Part shown: in pieces, positions 33,495 through 43,363 of the stretch | Layout of the letters: each line of letters begins with the position of its first letter | Numbering within the stretch: position 1 is the stretch's first letter | Sequence record: PP047752 | Strand: one strand, 5' to 3' | Length of the DNA: 64,000 nt | Origin: Escherichia phage KEP2 | Made by a program: the position numbers and the translations under genes | Notes under the pieces: generated by a model | The model's input: the letters and a program-made list of their open reading frames with translations, nothing else | Database searches by the model: none | What the model was told of the DNA's origin: nothing

Positions 33495-33751
33495 TTTGTA
33501 AATCCTTTCTTAATGAACCAGTTGATAACATTCTTCACAGCTTTATTGCTATGGTAGATTAAGTGTGGTGCAGGTTGGTATGAACCATAGGCCCAGAATG
33601 ATAGATGCTCACCACAACCAACACATGTAGTACTTTCTTCAGCTATATGACCATTAACAATCACATGAACTTCACCTTGTAAGTCTGTACACCCACAATG
33701 TGGACAACGTATAGGTGTTCCATCAGACTCATAGCAGTGTTCAATTTTCAT
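33491..33751 (-). CDS. zinc-ribbon protein
   Basis: CPHCGC…CVGCG cysteine pairs. Confidence 0.45.
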   Translation of the reverse strand: MKIEHCYESDGTPIRCPHCGCTDLQGEVHVIVNGHIAEESTTCVGCGEHLSFWAYGSYQPAPHLIYHSNKAVKNVINWFIKKGFTK

Positions 33752-34267
33752 TTATTTAACCTCAAAAACTGGTTCAAGAACCAATATAAAGTCTACACAG
33801 TCATCTTCTTCATCCAGAATACCATCAAAGTTCTTAGGAACGAAGTCGAAGAGGCTCATCACAAAGCAGTCAGAAGTAACCCTGATAGTTCCTCCCATAT
33901 TCTCTACAGTCAACACTGTACGGCTTTCTTTTACCTCTCTCAGAAGATTACTCACAAAGTCATCTAAGAAGTACTTCATCAGTGACTTAAAACCTTTAGG
34001 GTAATCTGTACCAGAGTATGTTTCAATCTGAGGTACAAGCTTAACATTTATACTAGTCTTTGTTAAGAATGTGTTAGAGAACATACTATCAGGTAACTTA
34101 CAAACAATCTTTCCAGTACCTTCATGTTCAATCTCAACAAAACCAGCTTCATCGCCACATGTGACTATTTTAAAAGATGCTTCATTCTCATGCTGTGAAG
34201 CCATAAACTTTTTAAGCATTTCCTTAAGGAAATCTGCATGAGCATCTTGTAAGTAGATATCAATCAT
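33752..34267 (-). CDS. hypothetical protein
   Basis: 171-aa ORF. Confidence 0.45.
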   Translation of the reverse strand: MIDIYLQDAHADFLKEMLKKFMASQHENEASFKIVTCGDEAGFVEIEHEGTGKIVCKLPDSMFSNTFLTKTSINVKLVPQIETYSGTDYPKGFKSLMKYFLDDFVSNLLREVKESRTVLTVENMGGTIRVTSDCFVMSLFDFVPKNFDGILDEEDDCVDFILVLEPVFEVK

Positions 34268-34280
34268 AGTTAATCACCTA

Positions 34281-34640
34281 TTATGGGAACAGACACTTGA
34301 TGTCATCGTTTTTAAAAACAAAACTTGTGTAGTTGTGACCGTCAACATCCAGCCAAACAGCCTGAACATCTACACCATCAAGATTTTGGTAAAGCTCTTT
34401 GATAAAGTGGTCTTTCACAATCTGGCTACTGGTTGTTTCCAGCTTAATGTTTGAGATTGCTGAACCTACAGCCATATAACCCATGACACGTTTCTTCTCA
34501 GTATGCTTAATCTTACCATCTTTGTAAGCCATAATGAGATTGGAAAGAATCTTCACACCATAATACTTTTCAAGGTGAGTCGGTACACCATAAAAGCCTA
34601 ATGCGAAGTTTTCAGAGTGGATAATATTTTCACGTTTCAT
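34281..34640 (-). CDS. hypothetical protein
   Basis: 119-aa ORF. Confidence 0.45.
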   Translation of the reverse strand: MKRENIIHSENFALGFYGVPTHLEKYYGVKILSNLIMAYKDGKIKHTEKKRVMGYMAVGSAISNIKLETTSSQIVKDHFIKELYQNLDGVDVQAVWLDVDGHNYTSFVFKNDDIKCLFP

Positions 34641-34641
34641 A

Positions 34642-34971
34642 TTAATCTGCCAACCTTAAATTAAAATTAACACCAAATTTTTCACATACTTCCAACATAT
34701 ACTCAAGGGAGACATTACCAGTGAGGTGGATTATGTTGGATACACGAGCCTGAGAGATACCACAAATTTTAGCAACTTGCTCTTGAGAAAGACCTCTGGA
34801 TTTAATCTCTCTCTTAAAACGATGTGCAACAAAATCTCTCATTTCGTCTACATCCATTGGACAAATATAACTCTCCATTTCAGCCTCTCTGTCAGCCTCC
34901 CAATCATCTTGTGGAGCATAAGGGTCAAAAACCTCATTCATCTTTCTTCTTCCGTTTGCGTGAAGTATCAA
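34642..34971 (-). CDS. helix-turn-helix protein (XRE-like)
   Basis: LSQEQVAKICGISQARVSNI HTH-like segment. Confidence 0.45.
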   Translation of the reverse strand: MILHANGRRKMNEVFDPYAPQDDWEADREAEMESYICPMDVDEMRDFVAHRFKREIKSRGLSQEQVAKICGISQARVSNIIHLTGNVSLEYMLEVCEKFGVNFNLRLAD

Positions 34972-35146
34972 TCAATGAATCTATGTTTGTAGCCCTAACC
35001 TTTTCACGTTCATCGTTAAGATAATCATCAAGAGCCTTTTCAATCTGTGAATCATCTTGACAGATAACTGTAAAGACTGTAAAGCCGTCTGTATCATCAA
35101 TTATCTTACCATAACCGCTTCTGGGATGTAACTTTTTAAGAGCCAT
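34934..35146 (-). CDS. hypothetical protein
   Basis: 70-aa ORF. Confidence 0.35.
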   Translation of the reverse strand: MALKKLHPRSGYGKIIDDTDGFTVFTVICQDDSQIEKALDDYLNDEREKVRATNIDSLIDTSRKRKKKDE

Positions 35147-35147
35147 A

Positions 35148-35531
35148 TCAAATACCTGTGCAGCTTCTGTTTTCTAAGAAATACTCAACACCATACATAG
35201 CTTTTTGCATCAAGTCTTCTTTAAACTGAATACGATGATTGAGCATAGCCTGTACATCAATATCATCAGGGTGCTTCTCTTTAATATTTGCAGATTGTAG
35301 GAAATACTCTGCAAGAACACGATACTGATAGTCAGTTACCTTATCAGTCATCTCTGTTAAAGACTCTTCAGAGATTGGTTTAAGTAGTTCACCATTAGCT
35401 AGAGCAACACCTTTTACAATCTGGCAAGTGTCTTCTGGAACACCTGATAAGTCCACATTGGGAAGTTCTGTTGCATTAACTGGTAAATTCATTGCCATAA
35501 CCATTGCAGCAGCTAATAAAATCTTTTTCAT
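35148..35531 (-). CDS. secreted/periplasmic protein with signal peptide
   Basis: N-terminus MKKILLAAAMVMAMNLPVNA. Confidence 0.5.
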   Translation of the reverse strand: MKKILLAAAMVMAMNLPVNATELPNVDLSGVPEDTCQIVKGVALANGELLKPISEESLTEMTDKVTDYQYRVLAEYFLQSANIKEKHPDDIDVQAMLNHRIQFKEDLMQKAMYGVEYFLENRSCTGI

Positions 35532-35963
35532 AATGACCTCAAAGTTATATTAAATTTTGTATTACATTGAGTATAAAAATAAGCTATAACACCTGACTTG
35601 TCAACAGATTTTATAGCTTATTTGGCAGATTTTTTATAAGGCTACTGCCATCCTTCCATACCAGACTACACCATGCCAGACCAGACTTCACATCACCTTA
35701 CCGTGCAATACATTACTTAAAAACCCTCTTAAAAGACTCTTAAGTGATGCTGGTGAGTACCCGTTGGTCTATACTGCTCAGTATACTCACCAAATTTTCT
35801 ATGTCAACAACTTTTATATAAAAGTACTGATAGCTATATGTGTTACAAAACAGAAGATTGTGAACAAGACACCCATTGCAAAGGATGTGTTCAAAAGCTT
35901 ACTTGTGATGTAAGACAACACAAAGATAACTAATGCAAATAGTATGATTATGCTTAGCATAGT

Positions 35964-37100
35964 TTACTCATAATCCCTAATAACGAGGCCAACAGGGAAC
36001 TGTAAAGAACCCTTACGAGTCATCTTCTGGAACTGAACAGTTAAAGGTTTCCCGATAAACTCTTCAGGATGTTCAGCAAGATACTGTTTCTTCTCGTGTG
36101 TAGTTTTCCATGAAACATCTACAAAGACGTTAGGAAGAGTCTCTACAACAAACTTGCCATGACCACGTTTGTCAGTTTTTACACCAGTCACTTTAAACTC
36201 TTCCGTGTGCATCTTCTTGTGCTTAATCAAGAAGTATGAACGGTGACAACACTCATAGAAGGAGTCTTCAGAGATTGAACGGTACATTGCACCTTCAAAC
36301 TTAGCTTCAACCCACTTATCATGAGCTTCATCAAACTCCTCCCAAGAGTTCACACGGATAGTCTGTACAGGAACCACTCTACAGGTATCACCAAGCTCAA
36401 TAATGGGTGAGTTATCAATAACTTCACGACGCTCAGGCCAAGTTTTTGAATTGTCACAGATATCATACCAGTAGAATTTAAGAAGGTGACGTTCTGGGTT
36501 GTCAGTATTCTTAATCATAGACACAATATCTTCTAAGTCCCAACCGTGAGCATAAATCTCACCATCAAAGTCTTCGACTTGTGGATGCAATTTAAGCAAC
36601 AAAAGCAAATCTGGGATTAGCTCTGCTGGTACGTTGTAAACAGTATTCTCACGAGAATAAGCCGTGAAACTAACTAAATCAGCATCTCTTGAAATTCTAC
36701 AACGGACACCATCAAGTTTCGGTTGAGCATCAGCAGGGAACTTCAGATACTTTGCATGACTAACCTTTGCAGCATCATGAGCAAGCTGCACACCTACCTT
36801 TTCAGTATTCTGTGCAGACTCTTTTGTATAAGCATAACCTTTGCGGTCAACTTGCTTTTTGTACTTAGCAGTAACTTCAAAGAGAGCTTGCTGTTCAGCA
36901 TTACGCTCATTCTTTTTACCGATGTTTTTAGGTTCTGCTGTATACTCTTCAAACATCATCTTGCCATTTTCTTTACCGTAGGTTGTAATGACTTTGTCAC
37001 CTACAGCAACGCATGACCAGACGTTAAAAGAACCATCTTTATTCTGTTTGTATAGTATTGTCATTTTATTCCTCTGAGTGATACCAAGTATTGCAAGCAT
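35964..37100 (-). CDS. ATP-dependent DNA ligase
   Basis: Adenylation motif PKLDGVRC (KxDG); 378 aa. Confidence 0.8.
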   Translation of the reverse strand: MLAILGITQRNKMTILYKQNKDGSFNVWSCVAVGDKVITTYGKENGKMMFEEYTAEPKNIGKKNERNAEQQALFEVTAKYKKQVDRKGYAYTKESAQNTEKVGVQLAHDAAKVSHAKYLKFPADAQPKLDGVRCRISRDADLVSFTAYSRENTVYNVPAELIPDLLLLLKLHPQVEDFDGEIYAHGWDLEDIVSMIKNTDNPERHLLKFYWYDICDNSKTWPERREVIDNSPIIELGDTCRVVPVQTIRVNSWEEFDEAHDKWVEAKFEGAMYRSISEDSFYECCHRSYFLIKHKKMHTEEFKVTGVKTDKRGHGKFVVETLPNVFVDVSWKTTHEKKQYLAEHPEEFIGKPLTVQFQKMTRKGSLQFPVGLVIRDYE

Positions 37101-37257
37101 TACATGCGTAAAGCTCTAAGTCATTTTTATCTGGTTTATGAAAACAGTTTGCTCCGCAGTGGCAACGAAATGGCTTTCCACCAACTGTAAGGATGAAGGA
37201 TTGAACCTTTCCATCAGGAGTTCGTACAGCATTTTTATGTTTATCTTCTTTGTTCAT
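37066..37257 (-). CDS. zinc-ribbon protein, paralog A
   Basis: FRCHCGANCFH…CNACN; paralog of 37582..37785. Confidence 0.45.
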   Translation of the reverse strand: MNKEDKHKNAVRTPDGKVQSFILTVGGKPFRCHCGANCFHKPDKNDLELYACNACNTWYHSEE

Positions 37258-37330
37258 TTTATCTCTTGCCTCACAAGCTATGCAACCTTTTGAGTAGAAG
37301 TAGTGCCAAGCACAACCATCAAAGCTCTCT

Positions 37331-37585
37331 TTAGTGATTAATTGAATTTACTAATTCCATGTGTTTTTCGTAGAAACATAAACATTTTTTATCTTGCTCA
37401 TTTATGTAGCTCTCATAAAATTCTGGTGATTCTGGTCTTTCACCAAATGAAATAACCTTTAGGTAGTACTTCCCATATGTGGAGCTATCTAACCAAGAGT
37501 CAAATAGTAATTTCTTAGTATTAGTCTTTGGAGGGATTACCAAACTTTTCTCATACAATTCCTTCATTTCTTGGGTTATCTTCAT
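37331..37585 (-). CDS. hypothetical protein
   Basis: 84-aa ORF. Confidence 0.4.
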   Translation of the reverse strand: MKITQEMKELYEKSLVIPPKTNTKKLLFDSWLDSSTYGKYYLKVISFGERPESPEFYESYINEQDKKCLCFYEKHMELVNSINH

Positions 37586-37785
37586 TGCATATCCTTAATC
37601 TTACCTAAGAACCTTACCCCACAGTTATTACACTCGTATGTGTCTAACTTTGTGTTATCAGGTTTGTGAAAACAGTTTGACCCACAACGACACCGGAATA
37701 GTTTACCATCAACACGAAGAATGAACGTCTCAAGCTCACCCTCTTCTGTAAGAACTGCGTTTTTCAATTTATCTCCTACAGTCAT
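37582..37785 (-). CDS. zinc-ribbon protein, paralog B
   Basis: FRCRCGSNCFH…CNNCG. Confidence 0.45.
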   Translation of the reverse strand: MTVGDKLKNAVLTEEGELETFILRVDGKLFRCRCGSNCFHKPDNTKLDTYECNNCGVRFLGKIKDMQ

Positions 37786-38087
37786 TTTCTTTTACCACCA
37801 ATCTCTACGTCGATAACTTGAACATCACCAGCAATATCAAACTTATGAATGATGCTTTCCACAGTATAAGTCCAACCCTCGATTCGAACCAACTCACCCT
37901 CTCGTGGGACGATTGGGTTACGTTGAGCTACGGTTGTAGTGGAGTGAACAACATCATAACAGTAGATATAGTTTACTAGGACTTCCATCGTGAAAACCTC
38001 ACTCAATAACCGTAGTATGTGATTGACCATTTTTGCCATAACTATAAGATGTTGTTGTTTGAGAGTTTGGACACCTGACAACAACAA
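37782..38087 (-). CDS. hypothetical protein
   Basis: 101-aa ORF. Confidence 0.4.
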   Translation of the reverse strand: MLLSGVQTLKQQHLIVMAKMVNHILRLLSEVFTMEVLVNYIYCYDVVHSTTTVAQRNPIVPREGELVRIEGWTYTVESIIHKFDIAGDVQVIDVEIGGKRK

Positions 38088-38235
38088 TATCTCTGCTTAT
38101 TGCATCCCCATTTAACTTATAGACTTTGCAATCTTGCATCTCTGGTGGGAGACTATAAGAAGCATTTTTGTCCTCGTAAGAGGGATTACAGCCAGATAGA
38201 AAGATAACACCAAGCACAATTACTGCTTTCCACAT
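37999..38235 (-). CDS. putative lipoprotein
   Basis: Signal peptide with lipobox MWKAVIVLGVIFLSGC; overlaps 37782..38087 in another frame so one of the two may be spurious. Confidence 0.35.
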   Translation of the reverse strand: MWKAVIVLGVIFLSGCNPSYEDKNASYSLPPEMQDCKVYKLNGDAISRDIVVVRCPNSQTTTSYSYGKNGQSHTTVIE

Positions 38236-38422
38236 AATACTCCTCCTATTTACTGTTCACGATGTTCTACTTCTCTGTACGTTCGTCGATAGTATATAAT
38301 AAGCTGTGCTAATTCGTTGCTTTTAACATCGGAGCGTAACAGTTGCCAATCAAAGCCTTTACCTACCCTACCATATAAACTAAACAACTTCACTTTGCGT
38401 TTCATTTTGGTATCCCCAATAC

Positions 38423-38650
38423 TCAGAGGTCAATACTAATACGTTCACCTTTAAGGACTCCTGTACGGTCCCTTGCAATCTTACCGTCAACAATAAGGAT
38501 ATGTGCAGACCTTAAAGATTCACTATTAAAACCTTTTAAGAACTTGCTAGGCATCACTACAATACACATCTCCTGAATCAACTCTGGAGTATAGCAGTTG
38601 TCGTGAAGTTGCTGAATAACGTCTGCAAGTGTCATTTTTGATGTCTCCAA
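38423..38650 (-). CDS. small protein, paralog pair member 1
   Basis: Shares …DGKIARDRTGVLKGERISID… motif with 38838..39047. Confidence 0.45.
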   Translation of the reverse strand: METSKMTLADVIQQLHDNCYTPELIQEMCIVVMPSKFLKGFNSESLRSAHILIVDGKIARDRTGVLKGERISIDL

Positions 38651-38841
38651 TACTCAATGTCAATAAGTTCTTGTGCAATGCTTTTCAGATTACCTTTCAA
38701 GAAAACCTTCTCAGAACCTGAAAGAGATGAATTGTCAATTAACCTGCTCATTCTCTCAAACAACTTCTGCTTACGGTTCTTGATAGTCTCATTTGAAGCA
38801 CCTTTCATCATCGCTGCATGGGTTCTTCCACGGTGACTCAT
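38632..38841 (-). CDS. small basic protein
   Basis: 69-aa ORF between the two paralogs. Confidence 0.4.
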   Translation of the reverse strand: MSHRGRTHAAMMKGASNETIKNRKQKLFERMSRLIDNSSLSGSEKVFLKGNLKSIAQELIDIEYWRHQK

Positions 38842-39047
38842 AGCAAATTCTCGATGTCTACACGTTCACCTTTTAAGTACCCTGTCTTGTCTTTTGCGAT
38901 TTTCCCTCCAGCAATAAAGATATCTGCTATACGCAGAGCTTCAGGGTTTACTCTATAACCACTGCAAATAACAATAAGCATGTCTTCAATCTCTTTTTGA
39001 GAATAACCTGCACATTGCAACTGAACTTCAATCTCTGAAAGCGTCAT
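38838..39047 (-). CDS. small protein, paralog pair member 2
   Basis: …GGKIAKDKTGYLKGERVDIE…. Confidence 0.45.
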   Translation of the reverse strand: MTLSEIEVQLQCAGYSQKEIEDMLIVICSGYRVNPEALRIADIFIAGGKIAKDKTGYLKGERVDIENLL

Positions 39048-39108
39048 GTGACCTCCTATACAAGATACAGTATAAGGTACTCTTCCATGAGCACCTTGTC
39101 AATACTAA

Positions 39109-41808
39109 TTAGTGTACTTCAAGCCAGCTTTTACCAACCTTACCAGTACCTGTTACAAGTGTTTCTTTCTTAAGACCTAAGTTCTTAGAAGCTTGTCCAT
39201 AATACCAGTCAGTAACTGCTTTCACTTCTGCCGTCATACTTTCTGGACATTCCCAGCTTGTTTCATCGTGATATGCGCAGAGCAAACGAGCACCAATAGC
39301 TGGTTTACGACCATTTAACTTCATCAAACCTTCGTCAATCATACGACGACAAGCAAGGTTAATTGCCTCATTTTGAATCTGAGCCTCTGAACCCATCAAA
39401 AGATAGTTCAACAGTTTGTGTGGAGATTTACACCACAACCAAGCTCCAGCAACCTTTACAAATCCCCCTTTAGAGATTGCAGCGGTCTTACCAAAAACCT
39501 CTTCAAGTGCCTTTTTAGTCGCTTTGTAGTCAGCTTCCAAGTCATCTAGCAACTTCTTAATTTTAGGCAAACGAATAAAGTAAGTCTGTTTAGTCAGTGC
39601 ACCTTCCTGAGTAGTTGCAGCTTTAATTGTCTTAGCAAACTTCTCATCACCTGCACCGAACAGCAGTGCATAGATACCATTCTTAGCTTTTTTACGACCC
39701 TTACTAATCTCATGGAGAAGATTCTCATCCTGAGTGGCTCGACAAGTCAAGATATCCTGCTCATCATTCAAGCTAAAGTAAATACTGTTCAGTGTGTGTG
39801 CATCAGTCCCTGAATAGACAACGTACAGGTCATTCTCAGAGTCATAGCGGAGGTACTTATCAATCTCTGGGTTGAGGTACTCATCAAAGTGTTTGCAGTA
39901 ATAGCGTCCATCTTCTTGACGAATAAACTCAATCTCTTCTTTACCTTGCGTTACCGCTTTGGTGAAGTCTTTGTCACCCATAAAGTTACAAAGGAGAACT
40001 AGCTGGGCTGAGTTCATGTCTACAGAGACAACATTAGTACCTTCTTCACAAATCCACACTGCCCTCATTGGTTCCCCATAGACAGCAGCACCAGACGGTA
40101 CGTTTACAATACCATATTGTGTCATACGTCCAGTTGAAGTACCAAATACCATTGCACCAGCACTAAGGCGACCATCTGGACGAATCTGGTTTAGCCAACC
40201 TTTTTCATCATCCTTTGAGTTCTCAATAGTTCTGCGTCTGTGCATCAAAGTATAGTACTTAGCAATCTTCTGTCCAAGCTCACCTTCAATCGTATCATAA
40301 GATGATTCAGTAAGTTTTGGTGAAGTACGGATTAAGCAAGGCTCAAGCAAATCTGTGTACTTCTTCACAGACCAGTTATGCTCGATGTACTGTACACCTT
40401 CATGTTCAACATAACTCAAACCACACCGCTCAACCATTTCCTGCCACTTAGGATGCTTTGTAATCATCTTTTTATTGTCTTTGAAACGACAAACTTTGAC
40501 AGGGCGACCGTCTGAATCTTTCTTGTAGTTCCAGTCATCTGGAATCCAACCAACTGATTTCAAGTAGTCTTTAACAACTGCTACCTGAGTCATACGAGAA
40601 ACTTCAAACTCAATTGGTGTATATGGTGCATCAATCAATCCTGTGTAGCGACTTGACTCAAGCTCAAAGTGGTTAACAACATGACTGTTATAGTACTTCA
40701 CAGTTTTAACTGTTTTTACTGGCTTCCAGTCTTTGCATTTCTTACCAATCTTTGCATTCAACTCATTGCAAATTGCACGAGCATCCTTCATTGCTACAAA
40801 ACCTTCCTTGTACTCTTCACCAGTTACAGAGTTGGTTGGTGTATAGCAATTTCTCTTTTCAATGTTAAAAATCTTTGTAGTTGGCTTACCAAATGGCTTG
40901 ATTTCATATGTCTGCATCTCACCGTTACGTACCTGCTGACGATACTTTGTCTTAGGGTACTTGGTAATTCTCTTCAGTCCATCTGCGTGACCAAATGCTT
41001 CAACATACTCATTCCAAGCTTTTGCAAACTCTTCTCCAGTGACTTTACCTTTGGTCTTGATAGTTGGTGGAAGGTGTGGTTCAACTTCTGAAGCAAGCTC
41101 ATTAGTCAGCTTGTCAAGTTCCTTTACATGGAACTCCATAAGCTCTTTATCAGCTTTCCAACCATTGATAGCCTGTTGACTCATCCAGAAAGATGTTTCT
41201 TTAGCTCGCATGTAGGTTTCATAAGTATCTATGCCACACTTCTTCAGCTTGAGATATTCATTATCCAGTGCGCGTTTAGTTTTGGCGTTAATACGGATAT
41301 CTTCCACAACACGAGTGAAGATTTCTGCATTCCACACACCCCAATGTTCAATCTCTGGTTTACGTACACCAACACGAGCACCCCATGCTGCCAAGCCATG
41401 AGCACCTTTATAACCTTTTGGAGTTGGTCTATCCATCCACTGAACACGAGACTGGATAAGAGAATCCTGAAAGAAATTACTCCACGGCTTACACTTTGGA
41501 TTATCAAAGTTCCACAAATCAGGTGCAATGTGATTGAAAACCCACCAGTCATACCCCAGACCATTATGGATGCAGAGTCGTTTTGCCTTTAACGCAAACT
41601 CAATGCCTTCACGTAAGCCACCCTTAATGTACTTGGTATACTTGTGACCGAGGATAGGTTCATCTGTAAAGACCCATACAGGCGGCTCTTCATCGTCAGA
41701 TTTATAGTCTGCGAAAGCCATTACGTGCACTTTAGTGAACTCAAGGAGTAAACCATCAGTTTCTGTATCACCAACTAAATGTAAGTTTTTAAAATCTACG
41801 TTTTCCAT
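39109..41808 (-). CDS. family-A DNA polymerase with 3'-5' exonuclease domain
   Basis: Exo motif VGDTETDGL; pol motifs KKAKNGIYALLFGAG and CAYHDE; start taken at second ATG (41808) which has GGGAG RBS; track start 41838. Confidence 0.9.
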   Translation of the reverse strand: MENVDFKNLHLVGDTETDGLLLEFTKVHVMAFADYKSDDEEPPVWVFTDEPILGHKYTKYIKGGLREGIEFALKAKRLCIHNGLGYDWWVFNHIAPDLWNFDNPKCKPWSNFFQDSLIQSRVQWMDRPTPKGYKGAHGLAAWGARVGVRKPEIEHWGVWNAEIFTRVVEDIRINAKTKRALDNEYLKLKKCGIDTYETYMRAKETSFWMSQQAINGWKADKELMEFHVKELDKLTNELASEVEPHLPPTIKTKGKVTGEEFAKAWNEYVEAFGHADGLKRITKYPKTKYRQQVRNGEMQTYEIKPFGKPTTKIFNIEKRNCYTPTNSVTGEEYKEGFVAMKDARAICNELNAKIGKKCKDWKPVKTVKTVKYYNSHVVNHFELESSRYTGLIDAPYTPIEFEVSRMTQVAVVKDYLKSVGWIPDDWNYKKDSDGRPVKVCRFKDNKKMITKHPKWQEMVERCGLSYVEHEGVQYIEHNWSVKKYTDLLEPCLIRTSPKLTESSYDTIEGELGQKIAKYYTLMHRRRTIENSKDDEKGWLNQIRPDGRLSAGAMVFGTSTGRMTQYGIVNVPSGAAVYGEPMRAVWICEEGTNVVSVDMNSAQLVLLCNFMGDKDFTKAVTQGKEEIEFIRQEDGRYYCKHFDEYLNPEIDKYLRYDSENDLYVVYSGTDAHTLNSIYFSLNDEQDILTCRATQDENLLHEISKGRKKAKNGIYALLFGAGDEKFAKTIKAATTQEGALTKQTYFIRLPKIKKLLDDLEADYKATKKALEEVFGKTAAISKGGFVKVAGAWLWCKSPHKLLNYLLMGSEAQIQNEAINLACRRMIDEGLMKLNGRKPAIGARLLCAYHDETSWECPESMTAEVKAVTDWYYGQASKNLGLKKETLVTGTGKVGKSWLEVH

Positions 41809-41867
41809 TTTTACTCCCTCTAAAATCATTAACCTCATACATTACTGCAAAAAATTATAAAAAGCAA

Positions 41868-41892
41868 GTTGACAATGTGCTTGACAAGGTGT
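41868..41892 (+). promoter_or_regulatory. tandem TTGACA boxes (GTTGACAATGTGCTTGACAAGGTGT) in divergent intergenic region
   Basis: 23 of 25 nt identical to 2418-2442. Confidence 0.4.
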
Positions 41893-42065
41893 TAATCTTT
41901 GCGAAGTGGGTTTTTACTTAAAAGGTTACTTAACAGTTTAACTATACAGATACTTTAAAACTCTTAAAAGATTATTTAATAGCTTTTAAAAAGCTTTAAA
42001 GTATAACGTATAGAATACGTTAAGATAAAAGATTAAAACTTAATAGTTACTTAAAAGAGGCTTAC

Positions 42066-42488
42066 ATGCAGAAAATGTTTGTTCACCCAGACATAGCTGA
42101 CTTTGTTAGAGCTTTGCAGAAGTTGGAAGAACTTGACATTGCTGCTCAACGGGAATATGCTCACCATCACAGGAGAATGGTTGATATACAACATGAAATA
42201 GAGTTGTCCGAAGACTATGAAGACGACTTAAAATGCTCTGTGTTTGAGCATATGAAAGATGTTGCTACAGCGAGACGTAAAGCTAAAGACACAGTTGCTT
42301 TACTAGATTCTCTTAAAAAGAGGTTGCAAAGTGGTACAGACCTGTGTAATCTAGCGTCACTGATTAACGATGTTGAAACTTCTTGGGATAGGCATTACTA
42401 TCCACGTTCTGAAAAGACACTTGACTTTTCTTCATCTGAAAACTTAAAATGTTCTAGAAAGAAACTTAACCAACTGAGAGAGAAATAA
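42066..42488 (+). CDS. hypothetical protein
   Basis: 140-aa ORF. Confidence 0.5.
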   Translation: MQKMFVHPDIADFVRALQKLEELDIAAQREYAHHHRRMVDIQHEIELSEDYEDDLKCSVFEHMKDVATARRKAKDTVALLDSLKKRLQSGTDLCNLASLINDVETSWDRHYYPRSEKTLDFSSSENLKCSRKKLNQLREK

Positions 42489-42489
42489 T

Positions 42490-43302
42490 ATGAATACTAC
42501 TGTAGACCAGATGCTTGAAGAAAAAGGTATTGACGAAGCATTCTTAATCAATGCCGTAGAAAGCATGGCTATGATTCTTCGTGGAAACAACTACACAGAA
42601 CAGTTTATGCCTGCAAGCTATAACTTGCCTAAAGACAAGTCTGATAACGGTGCTTTTGCAGAACAGGTTAATATGATGCTGTGTGATAAAACACTTGCTT
42701 TAGCATCTATCGTTGTAGGTGTTGATGCTCTTGCAGAGTTCATTTTCTATGAGATGCAGAAAAATGACTATATTGCCATGACCTCTGAAGAAAAAGACTC
42801 GCTACTGCTCTTAGGTCATGATGAGCTAGTTGACCTGTTAATTTCGTCAACAAGTGCTGTTATGGCTGCTCTTGAGAAGCGAATGGAAGAGAAGCTGTCA
42901 CGATATGAAAAACTTGATTGGGGTGTAGAAGAGTTAAACCCACGAATCAAAGAGATTATCCAGCAAACTAAAGACTCTTTAGCAGAAGCTGTGAAAGATG
43001 ATTCTGTAGCTGATGTAGAACCACTACAGGTTAAGGTTGCTCTGATGATTCCTGCTATCTCTACAATGATGAATATCGTTGCACTAATCCAACTTTCTCA
43101 GATGTTGGGTGTAACCATTGAGTTCGTTGAGGAGATGACTGGTGGTGTCAGTATGCAAGCAATCAATGATGTTTTGGTAAACATTGGCGCTTCAATCATT
43201 GAAGAAAAACTGCGCATTAACTTTGGTGACGATTTTGTGAAGCAAGTCTCAGCTATGGCTGAAAAAGAGCAATCACAGATTACTAGTGACCAACTGCACT
43301 AA
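42490..43302 (+). CDS. hypothetical protein
   Basis: 270-aa ORF. Confidence 0.5.
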   Translation: MNTTVDQMLEEKGIDEAFLINAVESMAMILRGNNYTEQFMPASYNLPKDKSDNGAFAEQVNMMLCDKTLALASIVVGVDALAEFIFYEMQKNDYIAMTSEEKDSLLLLGHDELVDLLISSTSAVMAALEKRMEEKLSRYEKLDWGVEELNPRIKEIIQQTKDSLAEAVKDDSVADVEPLQVKVALMIPAISTMMNIVALIQLSQMLGVTIEFVEEMTGGVSMQAINDVLVNIGASIIEEKLRINFGDDFVKQVSAMAEKEQSQITSDQLH

Positions 43303-43319
43303 GTCTTTATAAATCTTAC

Positions 43320-43345
43320 AAGCCTCCTTAGTTGGGGGCTTTTTA
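43320..43345 (+). terminator. rho-independent terminator
   Basis: AGCCTCC…GGGGGCT hairpin followed by TTTTT. Confidence 0.55.
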
Positions 43346-43363
43346 GTAATTAAGGGAGATAAA

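Noticed and set aside
40669-41592. Plus-strand ORFs 40669..41091 and 41128..41592, and minus ORF 41244..41564
   Set aside because: Embedded in or antisense to the DNA polymerase gene, which has conserved motifs in the minus frame.
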